Below, piece by piece: positions 1 to 12,851 of a stretch of DNA of 64,000 nucleotides. The translations under genes were made by a program, and so were the position numbers. Numbering within the stretch: position 1 is the first letter of the stretch; each line of letters starts with the position of its first letter. The stretch covers positions 12,958,001 to 13,022,000 of the forward strand of contig NC_043025.1 of assembly GCF_006345805.1 (NCBI RefSeq), given 5' to 3'. The notes beneath the pieces were generated by a model. That model ran no database searches and had not been told where the DNA came from. It worked only from the letters and a program-made list of their open reading frames with translations. Source of the stretch: Octopus sinensis (taxonomy: Eukaryota).

Positions 1-1431
1 TACGCACTGGGGTTGATGTAATCGACTTAATACCTATGTCTGTCTTTGTTTGTCTCCTCTGTGTTTAGCCCCTTGTGGGTAGTAAAGAAATAGGTATTTT
101 TGCCATCTTTGTGTAATGCCTGCAAGACCTGGATTCTCATCACTGAGGTTAATGGTTCCAACATTGGTAAAGGGATGCTGCTGTGTTGTACTGGGACCCC
201 TTTACGAATGAGTGAGTCTGAGGAAGGTTCCTCAATCAAAGTGGCTATCATGAGGGAGAACTTCAGATGATGATGAAGGAAAGGAACCGGAAGGGGATAT
301 GGTGTAACCATATAACAAAATCCTGGGGCTGTGTAAGGACCGTTCTTCATCCTCGTCCTCCTCCTTTAGCATCTGTTTTCCATGCTGGCATGGGTTGGAC
401 GGGTTGACTGGAATTAGTATGCTGGAGAACTGCACCAGGTTCCAGTCTGATTTGGTAGGGTTTTCTACAGCTGGATGCCCTTCCTAATGCCAACCATTCC
501 AAGAGTGTAACGGGTGGCAGTCACGAAACACTAGCATTGGCCATGGCTACGATCTCACTTGGCTTGACAGGTCTTCTCAAGCACGGTGTATCGCCAAAGG
601 TTTCGGTCACTTGTCACTGTTTCTGTGAGGCCCAACATTCCTGCGGTGCTCTTTACGTGTCACCAGTATGGGTGCCAGTTACGCTACACTGGCATTGACC
701 ATGACTACAGTTTCACTTAGTTTGATGGGTCTTCTCAAGCACGGTGTATCACCAAAGGTCTCGGTCCCTTGTCACTGTTTTAGTGAGGCCCAACATTCGA
801 ACGGTGCTCTTTACGTGCCACCAGTACGGGTGCCAGTTACGCTACACCGGCATTGACCATGACTACGATCTCACTTGACTTGACAGGTCTTCTCAAGCAC
901 GGTGTATCACCAAAGGTCTCGGTCACTTGTCACTGTTTCAGTGAGGCCCAACATTCACATGATGCTCTTTATGTGCCACCAGTACAGGTGCCAGTTACGC
1001 TACACTGGCATTGACCATGACTACAGTTTCACTTAGTTTGATGGGTCTTAAGCACAGCCTATCGCCCAGTGTTTAAAGGATGCTTTTTACGTGCCAGTTA
1101 CGCGACCCCGGCATTGGCCCCCCAAAATCCTGTGGCTGTGTAAAAGACCATTCTTCAAGGAACTGGATTGAGAGAAAGAGTTGTGGTTGGAGGGAAAGCT
1201 GGATGGGACAGACAGACTCCTAAGAAAAGGTCATGCTACAGCACACAACCACAACAGATGCAGATCGATGTCCAGAAGTGGTTCTCAATCATTATTTTAC
1301 CCTTAGACCCCATTGTTCCCTATTTTACTCCGATGGATCAGTTATTTATGATTTTATGCAACACTTGCCCAAGGTGCCACGCAGTGGGACTGAACATGGA
1401 ACCATGTGGTTGGGCAGCAAGCTTCTTATTT

Positions 1432-1935
1432 CTTTACTACCCACAAGGGGCTAAACATAGAGGGGACAAACAAGTACAGACAAAGGGTTTAAGTCGATTA
1501 CATCAACCCCCAGTGCATAACTGGTACTTAATTTATCGAACCTGGCAGAATTTGAACTCAGAACATAACGGCAGACGAAATACCTATTTCTTTACTACCC
1601 ACAAGGGGCTAAACACAGAGGGGACGAACAAGGACAGACACACGGATTAAGCCGATATCGACCCCCAGTGCATAACTGGTCCTTTTTTAATCGACCCCGA
1701 TAGGATGAAAGGCAAAGTCGACCTCAGCGGAATTTGAACTCAGAACGTAGTGGCAGACGAAGTACCTATTTCTTTACTACCCACAAGGGGCTAAACGCAG
1801 AGGGGACGAACAAGAACAGACACATGGATTAAGCCGATTATATCGACCCCGAAAGGATGAAAGGCAAAGTTGACCATGGCAGAATTTGAACTCAGAAAGT
1901 AGCGGCAGACGAAATGCTGCTGAGCACTTCGCCCA
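1432..1935 (-). mobile_element. SINE array, same family, 3 partial units
   Basis: Reverse complement of the 3143-3908 units. Confidence 0.75.
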
Positions 1936-2295
1936 GCTCGCTTCTTACCACACAGCCGTGTGTGTGTGTGTATTCTTACACACTTGTTTGTAGCAGGAAT
2001 ATTTGGCAGTTGCAAAAAAAAAAATAAACCTAGGAATTGAAACCAGGTTGCTAAGTTTTGTCAATTCAGGATTTGTGTTAGGAATCAGTGACCACAGCAG
2101 TCATTTAACCAATCTGATCCCTTGCAGAGACCCCTGTGTTTGCACAGGTGGGACTTGCCCTAGTATTAATCACATCACCAAAGAAGCCGACCATTCAGAC
2201 ATCTGATAAACTGGATATGATCAGCATGCTGTTGCCTACCATGCCCTCCTCTCCATTTCCTCTACAGACATAAACTGTATGTAACATGCTTTTGA

Positions 2296-2885
2296 GGAGG
2301 CATATGGCCTAGTGGTTAGAGCAGTGGACTCGCGGTCGGGGGATCACGGGTTCAAATCTCAGACCAGGTGATGTGTGTGTTTATGAGTGAAACACCTAAG
2401 CTCCACGTGGCTCCGGCAGAAGGTAATGGCGAACTTCTGCTGACTCTTTTGCCACAACTTTCTCTCACTCTTTCCTCCTGCATCTTGCAGCTCACCTGCG
2501 ACGGACTAGTATCCCGTCCAGGTGGGGAACCTATACGCCAAGGAAACCAGGAAATCGGCCCTTATGAGCCTGGCATGGCTCAAAAAGGAACATTGTGGAG
2601 GCACATGGCCTAGTGGTTAGAGCAGCGGACTCGCGGTCGGGGGATCATGGGTTTGAATCTCAGACCGGACGATGTGTGTGTTTATGAGCGAAACACCTAA
2701 GCTCCACGCGACTCCGGCAGAAGTAATGGCGAACTTCTGCTGACTCTTTCGCCACAACTTTCTCTCACTCTTTCCTCCTGCATCTTGCAGCAGACCTGCG
2801 ACGGACCGGCGTCTCGTCCAGATGGAGAATCCTATACGCCAAGGAAACCGGCCCTTATGAGCCAGGCGTGGCTCAAGAAGGAACA
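2296..2885 (+). mobile_element. Two tandem copies of a tRNA-headed SINE (family D)
   Basis: gaggca(c/t)atggcctagtggttagagcag..ggttc/tgaatctc (A/B box-like), ~300-bp unit; another copy at 38232-38527 (-). Confidence 0.75.
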
Positions 2886-3142
2886 GACCAAAAAAAATTC
2901 TTTTGCCACCAACTGACTGACATGCTGCCTGACACAACCACTCGCCTTTGTCATCTTAACGTCTGTTTTCCATGCTTGCATGGGTGTGATGGTTTCACCG
3001 GTGCTGGAGGGCTGCACCAGGCTTCATTTGTCTGGTTTGGTTTGGTTTCTATGACTGGATGCCCTTCCTAACGCCAACCACTTTACTCTCTGTTCTGGAT
3101 GTGTTTATGTGGCACTGCATGGGCGCTTTTACATGGCAGTAG

Positions 3143-5506
3143 CACATTAGCACGCCGGACGAAATGCTTAGCCGTATTTCGTCTGCCGTTACGTTCTGAG
3201 TTCAAATTCCGCCGAGGTCGACTTTGCCTTTCATCCTTTCGGGGTCGATAAATTAAGTACCAGTTACGCACTGGGGCCGATGTAATCGACTTAATCCGTT
3301 TGTCTGTCCTTGTTTGTCCCCTCTATGTTTAGCCCCTTGTGGGTAGTAAAGAAATAGGTATTTCGTTCATCGCTACGTTCTGAGTTCAAATTCCGCCGAG
3401 GTCGACTTTGCCTTTCATCCTTTTGGGGTCGATAAATAAAGTACCAGTTACGCACTGGGGTCGATGTAATCAACTTGATCCGTTTGTCTGTCCTTGTTTG
3501 TCCCCTCTGTGTTTAGCCCCTTGTGGGAAGTAGAGAAATAGGTATTTCGTTCATCGCTACGTTCTGAGTTCAAATTGCGCCGAGGTCGACTTTACCTTTC
3601 ATCCTTTCGGGGTCGATAAATTAAGTACCAGTTACGCACTGGGGCCGATGTAATCGACTTAATCCGTTTGTCTGTCCTTGTTTGTCCCCTCTGTGTTTAG
3701 CCCCTTGTGGGTAGTAAAGAAATAGGTATTTTGTCCATTGCTACGTTCTGAGTTCAAATTCCGCCGAGGTCAACTTTGCCTTTCATCCTTTCGGGGTCGA
3801 TAAATTAAGTACCAGTTACGCACTGGGGTCGATCTAATCGACTTGATCCCTTTGTCTGTCCTTGTTTGTCCCTTCTGTGTTTAGCCCCTTGAGGGTAGCA
3901 CAGAAATAGGCAGTAGCACAAGTGCTTTTTAAATGGAACTAACATAGGATCCTTCCAGGCCGGTCCTCTCTGCCATAGGTTAGATAGTTTGACTGGAGCT
4001 GGTAAGCTGTAGAGGTACATCAATCTCCAGTCTGTTCTGATATGGTTTCTCCTGCTGGATGCTCTTCCTGATGCCAACCATTTTTACAGAGTGTATTGGG
4101 TGTCTTTTACGTGTCACTGGTGTCTTATTCCTAAGAATCTCTGTTTAGTTGTTTGTAGTAATGACCTCCTACATTTTTTCAATGATAAAGAAATCATCAT
4201 CATCATTTAACGAGCTGGCAGAATCGTTAGCACACCGGACGAAAAGCTTAGCAGTTTTTCGTCTGCCGCTACGTTCTGAGTTCAAATTTCGCCAAGGTCG
4301 ACTTTGCCTTTCATCCGTTCGGGGTCGATTAAATAAGTACCAGTTACGCACTGGGGTCGATGTAATCGACTTAATCCATTTGTTCTCTCTGTGTTTAGCC
4401 CCTTGTGGGTAGTAAAGAAATAGGTATTTCGTCCATCGCTACGTTCTGAGTTCAAATTCCGCCGAGGTCGACTTTGCCTTTCATCCTTTTGGGGTCGATA
4501 ATAAAGTACCAGTACCACTGGGGTCGATGTAATCAACTTGATCCGTTTGTCTGTCCTTGTTTGTCTCCTCTGTGTTTAGCCCCTTGTGGGTAGTAAATAA
4601 TAGGTATTTCGTCCATCGCTACGTTCTGAGTTCAAATTCCGCCGAGGTCGACTTTGCCTTTCATCCTTTTGGGGTCGATAAATAAGTACCAGTTACGCAC
4701 TGGGGTCGATGTAATCAACTTGATCCGTTTGTCTGTCCTTGTTTGTCTCCTCTGTGTTTAGCCCCTTGTGGAAGTAAAGAAATAGGTATTTCGTTCATCG
4801 CTACGTTCTGAGTTCAAATTGCGCCGAGGTCGACTTTACCTTTCATCCTTTCGGGGTTGATAAATTAAGTACCAGTTATGCACTGGGTCGATGTAATCGA
4901 CTTAATCCGTTTGTCTGTCCTTGTTTGTCCCCTCTGTGTTTAGCCCCTTGAGGGTAGCACAGAAATAGGCAGTAGCACAAGTGCTTTTTAAATGGAACTA
5001 ACATAGGATCCTTCCAGGCCGGTCCTCTCTGCCATAGGTTAGATAGTTTGACTGGAGCTGGTAAGCTGTAGAGGTACATCAATCTCCAGTCTGTTCTGAT
5101 ATGGTTTCTCCTGCTGGATGCTCTTCCTGATGCCAACCATTTTTACAGAGTGTATTGGGTGCTTTCTACGTGGCACCAGTACGGGTGTCTTTTACGTGTC
5201 ACTGGTGTCTTATTCCTAAGAATCTCTGTTTAGTTTGTAGTAATGACCTCCTACATTTTTTCAATGATAAAGAAATCATCATCATCATTTAACGAGCTGG
5301 CAGAATCGTTAGCACACCGGACGAAAAGCTTAGCAGTTTTTCGTCTGCCGCTACGTTCTGAGTTCAAATTTCGCCAAGGTCGACTTTGCCTTTCATCCGT
5401 TCGGGGTCGATTAAATAAGTACCAGTTACGCACTGGGGTCGATGTAATCGACTTAATCCATTTGTTCTCTCTGTGTTTAGCCCCTTGTGGGTAGTAAAGA
5501 AATAGG
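3143..5506 (+). mobile_element. Head-to-tail arrays of a SINE (~183-bp units) inside a ~1.08-kb tandem duplication
   Basis: Repeated gtatttcgt..ctacgttctgagttcaaattccgccgaggtcgactttgcctttcatcctttcggggtcgat..agccccttgtgggtagtaaagaaatagg. Other copies at 1-100, 1432-1935 (-), 11536-11758, 32130-32330 and 44772-44985. Confidence 0.8.
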
Positions 5507-6988
5507 TTCGACTGGGGTCTGGGAAGCCAGGAGGCTGCACCAGGCTCCAGTCTGATCTGACAGTGTTTCTACAACTGGATGCTCTTAACACCAACCACTC
5601 CATGAGGGTAGTGGTTGCTTTTTATGTGCCACCGGCACAGGGGCCAGAAGAGGCTAGCAACGACCACGATCGGTTGGTGCGTTTTATGCGCCACTGGCAC
5701 GGACGTCAGTCATGGCAGCACTGGCATCTGCCACGTTTAGATGGGGCTTTTTACATGCCACTGGCATAGGTATCACAACTACAATTTCCATTTGATATTG
5801 ATATTGATGTACATAACTCAATTATTCTCCTCAAGCACAGAAGTTCACCTTATATATATGTGTGTATATATATATCATCATCATCATCGTTTAACGTCCG
5901 CTTTCCATGCTAGCATGGGTTGGACGGTTCAACTGGGGTCTGTGAAGCCAGAAGGCTGCATCAGGCCCAGTCTGATTTGGCAGTGTTTCTATGGCTGGAT
6001 GCCCTTCCTAACACCAACCACTCCATGAGTGTAGTGGATGCTTTTTACATGCCACCCGGAGCTGGCAAACGGCCACGGACGGATGGTGCTTTTTACGTAT
6101 ATATATATATATATATAGGCGCGAGCATGGCTGTGTGGTTAGGGAGCTTGGTTCCTAACTGCATGGTTTCAGGTTCAGTCCCACTGTGGGTGTCTTCCGC
6201 TATAGCCCCGAGCCAACCGGAGCTTTGTGATTGAATTCGGTAGGCGGGAGTTATTGCCGTGTGTGTATGTGTGCGTATAGCTGCTCAGTGCCTCTCCGAA
6301 AGAGAGAGAGAGAGGGATAGCATGGTATTGATGAGACTATAAGATGTTGTCATACCCTGCTGGTCACAGTGTGCTTCTTTGCATTATTGTAGCTTTTGTA
6401 CCAGCTAGACAGAGAAGCCAACATTCCCCACGGAGCAGAATCCCGATCCGTCTCGGGGTGATCCATTTATAGCAGAGTGGAATGCAGCAATGGGAACCGA
6501 AGGGTTTAGCTCAAGAAAGTAACACACCACTGGTCTGAGAACCAAAACCACAACTGCAAAGATCTCGATTGCAACACCCTAGCTACCAGACCACATGCCC
6601 TCACTCATACACACACACATACACACAATGTATAAACATGTGAGTGTATATATTCTGGTTTCTTGTTACTCTAAAGGAAGTACCGTTTCTAAACACTCCT
6701 TCATACACACACTTGACATTATTAGAGAATACACATGCACACACACTTAGAGAAATATAAGCTAATATAGGGCTATATACACCATGCTTAATATATATAT
6801 ATACTTATGTACGAATATGGTAGTGTGTGCTTATATACTGTATTTATATATATTTAATTTTATATGCATTAATTGTTATACATGAACTAGTCTGTGTTTA
6901 TATATACTTAACACCTTTTATTTTGCGATATATATCTGCTTGTGGATAACTATGAACACTCATATGTATGTATATATATATATGTACG

Positions 6989-7030
<42 letters not shown>

Positions 7031-7345
7031 CAGAGAGATTCCAACTCTAATTTTTATGTTTTGTTTATATTCTTTATAATGTTAATGTAGAATATGGTAT
7101 ATATAGAGTATATATAATGTATATATAGTAAAATGAAATGAAGTATTGATTGTCTTATTGAATAGATGAAATGTTGAATATCAAATATTAAGGGACTTGC
7201 TATACTTTCTTGCATTCAAGCAGTCTCCAAGGTCCCAGGTTGTGACAGGAGTGTTTCAACTGTATATATATATATACACACACATACAATACAGTAGATA
7301 CGTAATGCATACATAAGTATCTAGGTATGTAATATATGCGCGCGC

Positions 7346-7382
<37 letters not shown>

Positions 7383-7883
7383 GACTCTAGTATATAATTA
7401 TACACACATACATATATAGATGTCGCATAGAATTTCTGGATCTCTCTCTCTCTGTATGTTATGTATATAATTTGCGTACATATGTGATGATGATTGTCTC
7501 ATCTTGCCGGATTATAGTCGTCTCACGTTCAGAAATGATGGTGGGACATTTGTAAAGCTTGTACAACACTTCTGCTATACTCTCTCTCTCTCTCTCGGTC
7601 ACCACAATCGGTTCCAGTGACAGTCCATTCCAGGATGGCTGGCAGCTATTTCGGCTGCAAGTTTTATGCCAGTGTATCATCTTTCTTCTAGAAGGGCTGC
7701 CTTCCCCCCTTTGTTTTTGACAAAATTAACGCGATTCTCCTCTGCCCCTGGGAGGTCTATTTAACTCATAGAAGGGATCTTACGAGGCTTTTCCATTCTG
7801 GGTAGCGGTAATTAAGGAGTGGCCCTATGCTCTCCAGAACTCTTAAACTGGGGTGTCAACACCGGATGCAGTTTATATATATC

Positions 7884-7930
<47 letters not shown>

Positions 7931-8811
7931 AACATACATGTACTTATACATATACACGTGTATGTATATATATAATATATAATACATACATACAACATCA
8001 ATGGAAATTGTAGCTGTGATACCAGTGCCGATGGCACGTAAGAGAACCATCCGAACATGGCGCCGCCCCGACTGGCCTCTGTGCCGGTGGCACGTAAAAT
8101 GCACCATCTGATTGTGGCTGTTGCCAGCCTCGTCTGGCACCTGTGCAGGTGGCACAAAAAAGCACCCACTACACTCTCGGAGTGGTTGGCGTTAGGAAGG
8201 GCATCCAGCTGTAGAAACTCTGCCAGATCAGACTGGAGCCTGGTGCAGCCTTCTGGCTTCCCAGACCTCAGTTGAACCGCCCAACCCATGCTAGCATGGA
8301 AAACGGACGTTAAACGATGATGATGATGATATACGTGTGTGTGTATATAGAAAGGCGTGTAAAACCAATAACTATATAATCCAACCAAACCGGTTACACA
8401 AACGTGATCGTAAATACTATTTAACCTTAGAATCCATTGTACATATTCAAAGAACCTTTCTTGGTTTAGCGATGCGGAACGCCCTTATGTTATTTTTTTA
8501 TTCTTCTACTTGTTTTAGTCATTTAACTGTGGCCATGCTGGAGCACCGCCATTTAGTTGAAGAAATCGACCGCAGGACTTATTCCCTGTAAGCCTAGTGC
8601 TTATTCTGTCAGTCTCTTCTGCCAAACACCTAAGTTATAGGGATGCAAATACACCAACTTTGGTTGACAAATAATGGTGGCAGGGGGGGGGGAACACAGA
8701 CACACACACACAAAAATATATATATGACGGGCTTTTTCAGTTTCCGTCTACCGAATTTGCTCACAAGGCTTTGGTTGGCTAAGGGTCCATATATAATTTT
8801 GTGTGTGTGTG

Positions 8812-8865
<54 letters not shown>

Positions 8866-8866
<1 letters not shown>

Positions 8867-9070
8867 TTTATTTGAAAGCAGCAGAAATTCAACAAAACCT
8901 GTTACTCTGGGTTTCAATTCTATCAAGACTAGTACAAACGCTACTAGCGTTTGTACTAGTCTTGATAGAATTGGCATATCGGTTCTATTCTAGCAAAAAC
9001 TGTCCGACAAACGGGAACGTGAAACTCAGAGTAACAGGTTTTGTTGAATTTTCTGCTGCTTTAAATAAAG
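8866..9070. repeat. Fold-back element: ~50-bp TIRs enclosing a perfect 28-bp-arm palindrome
   Basis: ctttatttgaaagcagcagaaattcaacaaaacctgttactctg..cagagtaacaggttttgttgaattttctgctgctttaaataaag; inner palindrome 8916-8972 with a 1-nt loop. Confidence 0.85.
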
Positions 9071-9229
9071 CATATTACTCTACCACTGGTATTTGAGTAC
9101 TCTTTTTTCCACCTTGTTTCACATTTATGTGTTTACTCCGGTGTATATATATATATATAGGTCCCTATATATTTGTGTGTGTGTCATTTTCCTTTTGTTA
9201 ACTTTGTTGGTTTTTTTTTCTCCTTTCAG

Positions 9230-9329
9230 ATTTGATGAAGAACCCCGTGGAAGGGTTTTCTGCTGGTTTAATAGACGATGACATTTATCGGTGGGAAGTT
9301 GTTATTATCGGACCCCCAGACACCTTATT
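9230..9329 (+). CDS. UBE2G1: Ubiquitin-conjugating enzyme E2 G1-like, coding exon 2 (exon 1 not found in window)
   Basis: tttcag| acceptor and |gtaagt donor; translates (D)LMKNPVEGFSAGLIDDDIYRWEVVIIGPPDTL(F), the UBE2G1/Ubc7 N-terminal region; phases join the next exon. Confidence 0.95.
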
Positions 9330-9475
9330 GTAAGTAACCCCTAACCTTTTGTCTTCCTTTCTTATCCCTTATTGCTCTTGTTCTTTATCACCAGAGCAGT
9401 AAGACGGTAAGCTGGCAGAATCAGGGAGCATCAGAAAAAAATGCCTTGTATTTCTTTTGGTCCTTTATGTACTGA

Positions 9476-9870
9476 CTAGGAGTATCACCCGGCGTTGATC
9501 GGGTTTGTTTTGACCCTTTAGAATAGGAATTTTTGAAAAGTAAAAATTTAGCATTATGTAGCTTGTTATTCTCTTGAAGTGAACATTTTTCTGGTTGAAA
9601 TACACCGAAAAATGGTGACACAGCAGTAAAAAAAAATCATAAAAAATAGGGATTTTCATAGAAAAAAAGCACCTTTTGGATGTAAATAATTTTTGGTGTT
9701 AACATGGTCCGAATTGAATTTTTTCTTCTACGGAATGAAGAGCAAGCCTTCTTCTATCATACTCTCAATTTTGGTCAACTTGCGCTGCAGGGTCTCGGTG
9801 GAGATAGTGTTAGTTGAAGGCTACCAAACCTGCCATACACGGACAACTTCAGCTTTATATATATATAGAG
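9476..9870 (-). mobile_element. Non-autonomous Helitron-like element, family 2
   Basis: CTAG/hairpin end as in family 1; the body is the reverse complement of 34458-35266. Confidence 0.65.
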
Positions 9871-10134
9871 AGAGATTTCAAATCCTGTCATGGTAAACTG
9901 TGACAATCATCCCTCCAGGGACAATAAAATAAAAGTAGGAATCAACCCCTGAGTTCAAATTCTGCCGAGGTTGACTTTGCCCTTCATGCTTTCAGGGTTG
10001 ATAAAATAAATACCAGTTGAGTACTGGGAGTTGAGATAATTGACTTAACCCCTCCCCAGACATGCTGGCCTTGTGCCCAAAGTTTGAGATTATTATTTTA
10101 TTTATAGTACCTTGGATTTCAGAACAACCCGCTG

Positions 10135-10795
10135 TGCTTGAGGAGACCTATTGGGTCAAGTACATGAACATCGAAATAAATATCAATGGAAATAGTAGTT
10201 CTGATACCTGTGCCGGTGGCACGTAAAAAGCACCGTCCGAGCGCGGCCGATGCCAGCGCCGCCTTGACTCGCTTCTGTGCCGGTGGCACTTAAAAAGCAC
10301 CATCCGAGCGTGGCCGATGCCAGTGCCGCCTCGACTGGCTTCTGTGCCGGTGGTACGTAAAAAGCACCATCCGAGCGTGGCCGATGCCAGTGCCGCCTCG
10401 ATTGGCGTGCGGACGGCACTTAAAAAGCACCATCCGAGCGTGGCCGATGCCAGCGCCGCCTCGACTGGCTTCTGTGCCGGTGGCACATAAAAAGCACCAT
10501 CCGAGCGTGGCTGATGCCAGCGCCACCTCAACTGGCTTCTGTGCCGCTGGCACATTAAAAGCACCATCCGATCGTGGCCGCTGCCAGACTCCCCTGGCAC
10601 CTGTGCCGGTGGCAGGTAAAAAGCACCCATTACACTCTCGGAGTGGTTGGCGTTAGGAAGGGCATCCAGCTGTAGAAACACTGCCAGATCAGACTGGAGC
10701 CTGGTGCAGCCTTCTGGCTTCCCAGACCCCGGTTGAACAGTCCAACCCATGCTAGCATGGAGAACGGACGTTAAACGATGATGATGATGATGAGG
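10135..10795 (+). mobile_element. SINE-like element with a (GAT)n tail and internal ggcacgtaaaaagcacc tandem units (family B)
   Basis: Ends ggacgttaaacgatgatgat. Copies at 345-1110, 5510-6095, 8000-8330, 26820-27115, 30500-30780, 36015-36272, 38625-39095, 41757-42020, 44003-44345 and 59500-59855, with variable internal unit number. Confidence 0.75.
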
Positions 10796-11374
10796 TGGAT
10801 TAATGGGAGGAAAATGCTTAAGGGCATTTCTGATGACTCCTTTATGTTCTGAGGTCAGCTTTGCCATCATCTTTTCAGGTTTAATAAGATAGTTACTCTT
10901 ATAGTTTAACGTTGGGGCCGATGTAATCGATTACCCCCACCCCCCGGTCCCCAATATTTCAGGCATTCTGCTTATAGTAGAAAGAATTTGAGTTCGAATG
11001 CCACTGAGGCCAAGTTTGTCTTTCATCCTTTTGGCATTGATGTAGTAAGTACCAGCTATGCACTGGGGGTCAGTGTAATTGACTAAGCCCACTCCCCACA
11101 AAATTTCAGGCCTTCTGCCCTACAATAGAAAGGATTATTATTATTATTATTATTTTCAGTCCTTTTGATGTTACTCTCCTGGGATGCCACAACAGAAAAT
11201 TGGACCCCGGTGCAGCCCCTGTCCTTGTCAGCTTCTGTCAAACTGTCCAACCCATGCTGGCATGGAAAACAGGCATTGAATGTTGATGATTATCTGTAGA
11301 CTCCAAATTCCTTCTTCTCTCTCCTCTCTCTGTCTCTCTCTGCCATCTTATGGTTGATGTTCTTGTTGTTTCAG

Positions 11375-11472
11375 TGAAGAGGGCCTGTTTAAAGCACATT
11401 TGGTTTTTCCTAAAGAATACCCTTTGAGGCCTCCAAAGATGACATTTAAATCAGAAATATGGCATCCAAACA
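11375..11472 (+). CDS. UBE2G1: UBE2G1-like coding exon 3
   Basis: tttcag| ... |gtgagt; 98 bp; (F)[32 protein letters not shown](I), containing the E2 HPN motif. Confidence 0.95.
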
Positions 11473-11812
11473 GTGAGTATTCCTTCCATAGCCATCTCTC
11501 CTTTTGTGTATATCAATGTATGCATGTGTGTGTGTGAGCTGACAGAAACGTTAGCACGCCGGGCGAAATACGTTGCCGTATTTCGTCTGCCGTTACGTTC
11601 TGAGTTCAAATTCCGCCGAGGCTGACTTTGCCTTTCATCTTTTCGGGGTCGATTAAATAAGTACCAGTTACGCACTGGGGTCGATATAATCGACTTAATC
11701 CGTTTGTCTGTCCTTGTTTGTCCCCTCTGCGTTTAGCCCCTTGTGGATGGTAAAGAAATGTATATATATATATATATATATAATCAAAATAAGCAACAAG
11801 GATGTCCAATGT

Positions 11813-11903
11813 AGAGTAGTACAATTGTTTCATGCTACTTCATCTTATTAAACACTGTAAGTATTCCATCAGTTTTAAAATGTTGAGCAATCTTCAGCCA
11901 CAT
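11813..11903 (-). ncRNA. Type I hammerhead ribozyme motif, antisense in UBE2G1 intron 3
   Basis: Minus strand: GTGG-CTGAAGA-TTGCT..AGCAT-GAA-ACAATTGT-A-CTAC. Same stem III and flank as the 51.9-kb copy; U.U at 10.1/11.1. Confidence 0.72.
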
Positions 11904-12309
11904 ATAGAATTTTGCAATTAAACGGACAATGCACTTAAGTACCATATTCATCTGAATCTAAATTTTCCTGAACTTATATGATATATACACACACACACAC
12001 ACACTTTTTCCTTTGTGTCTTCTTTTACTTGTTTCAGTCATTGGACTGTGGCCATGCTGGGGTACAACTCTGAAGAATTTTTAGTTGGACAAATCAACCC
12101 CTTTTACTCTTTTACTTATTTCAGTCATTTGACTGCGGCCATGCTTGAGCACTGCCTTTAGTCGAGCAAAACGACCCCGGGATTTATTCTTTGTAAGCCC
12201 AGTACTTATTCTATCGGTCTCTTTTGCTAAACCGCTAAGTGACGGGGACGTAAACACACCAGCATCGGTTGTCCAGCAATGCTAGGGGGACAAACACAGA
12301 CACACATAC

Positions 12310-12374
<65 letters not shown>

Positions 12375-12672
12375 TTTGACAGGCTTCTTTCAGTTTCCGT
12401 CTACCAAATCCACTCACAAGGCTTTGGTCGGCCCGAGGCTATAGCAGAAGACACTTGCCCAAGATGCCACGCAGTGGGACTGAACCCGGAACCATGTGGT
12501 TGGTAAACAAGCTACTTACCACACAGCCACTCCTGCGCCTCAGTACTTTTTTTTTTTTTTTTTGATTTGCAAATGACTGAAACAATTAAAAGAATAACGA
12601 TGATGCTGATGAATGACTAATGATTGATTTTCTTACACAATCTTTTCTAACTTTTCTTTCTTTCCGTTCCAG

Positions 12673-12851
12673 TTGACAAAGAAGGTAATGTCTGCATCTC
12701 AATCTTACACGAACCTGGAGAGGACAAATTTGGTTACGAGAAGGCTTCCGAACGCTGGTTACCTGTACACACTGTAGAGACCATCTTAGTCAGTGTTATA
12801 TCGATGTTAGCGGACCCCAACGATGAATCCCCAGCTAATGTAGAAGCAGCG
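12673..12851 (+). CDS. UBE2G1: UBE2G1-like coding exon 4 (catalytic Cys and acidic loop)
   Basis: ttccag| ... |gttagt; 179 bp; (I)[59 protein letters not shown], with the active-site VCISILH and the Ubc7/Cdc34-type insertion. Confidence 0.97.

Noticed and set aside
1-9229. Search for UBE2G1 coding exon 1 (expected M..QSALLL.KQL-like)
   Set aside because: No matching reading frame with a phase-1 donor was found; the exon is probably upstream of the window.
10828-10860. CTGATGA-CTC...GAG
   Set aside because: It is followed by GTCA rather than GAAA, and there is no stem III.
10148-10870. 240-aa ORF and many similar ORFs (LQSDLAVFLQLDALPNANH)
   Set aside because: Antisense translations of the family-B repeat, recurring at more than 10 loci with frequent frameshifts.
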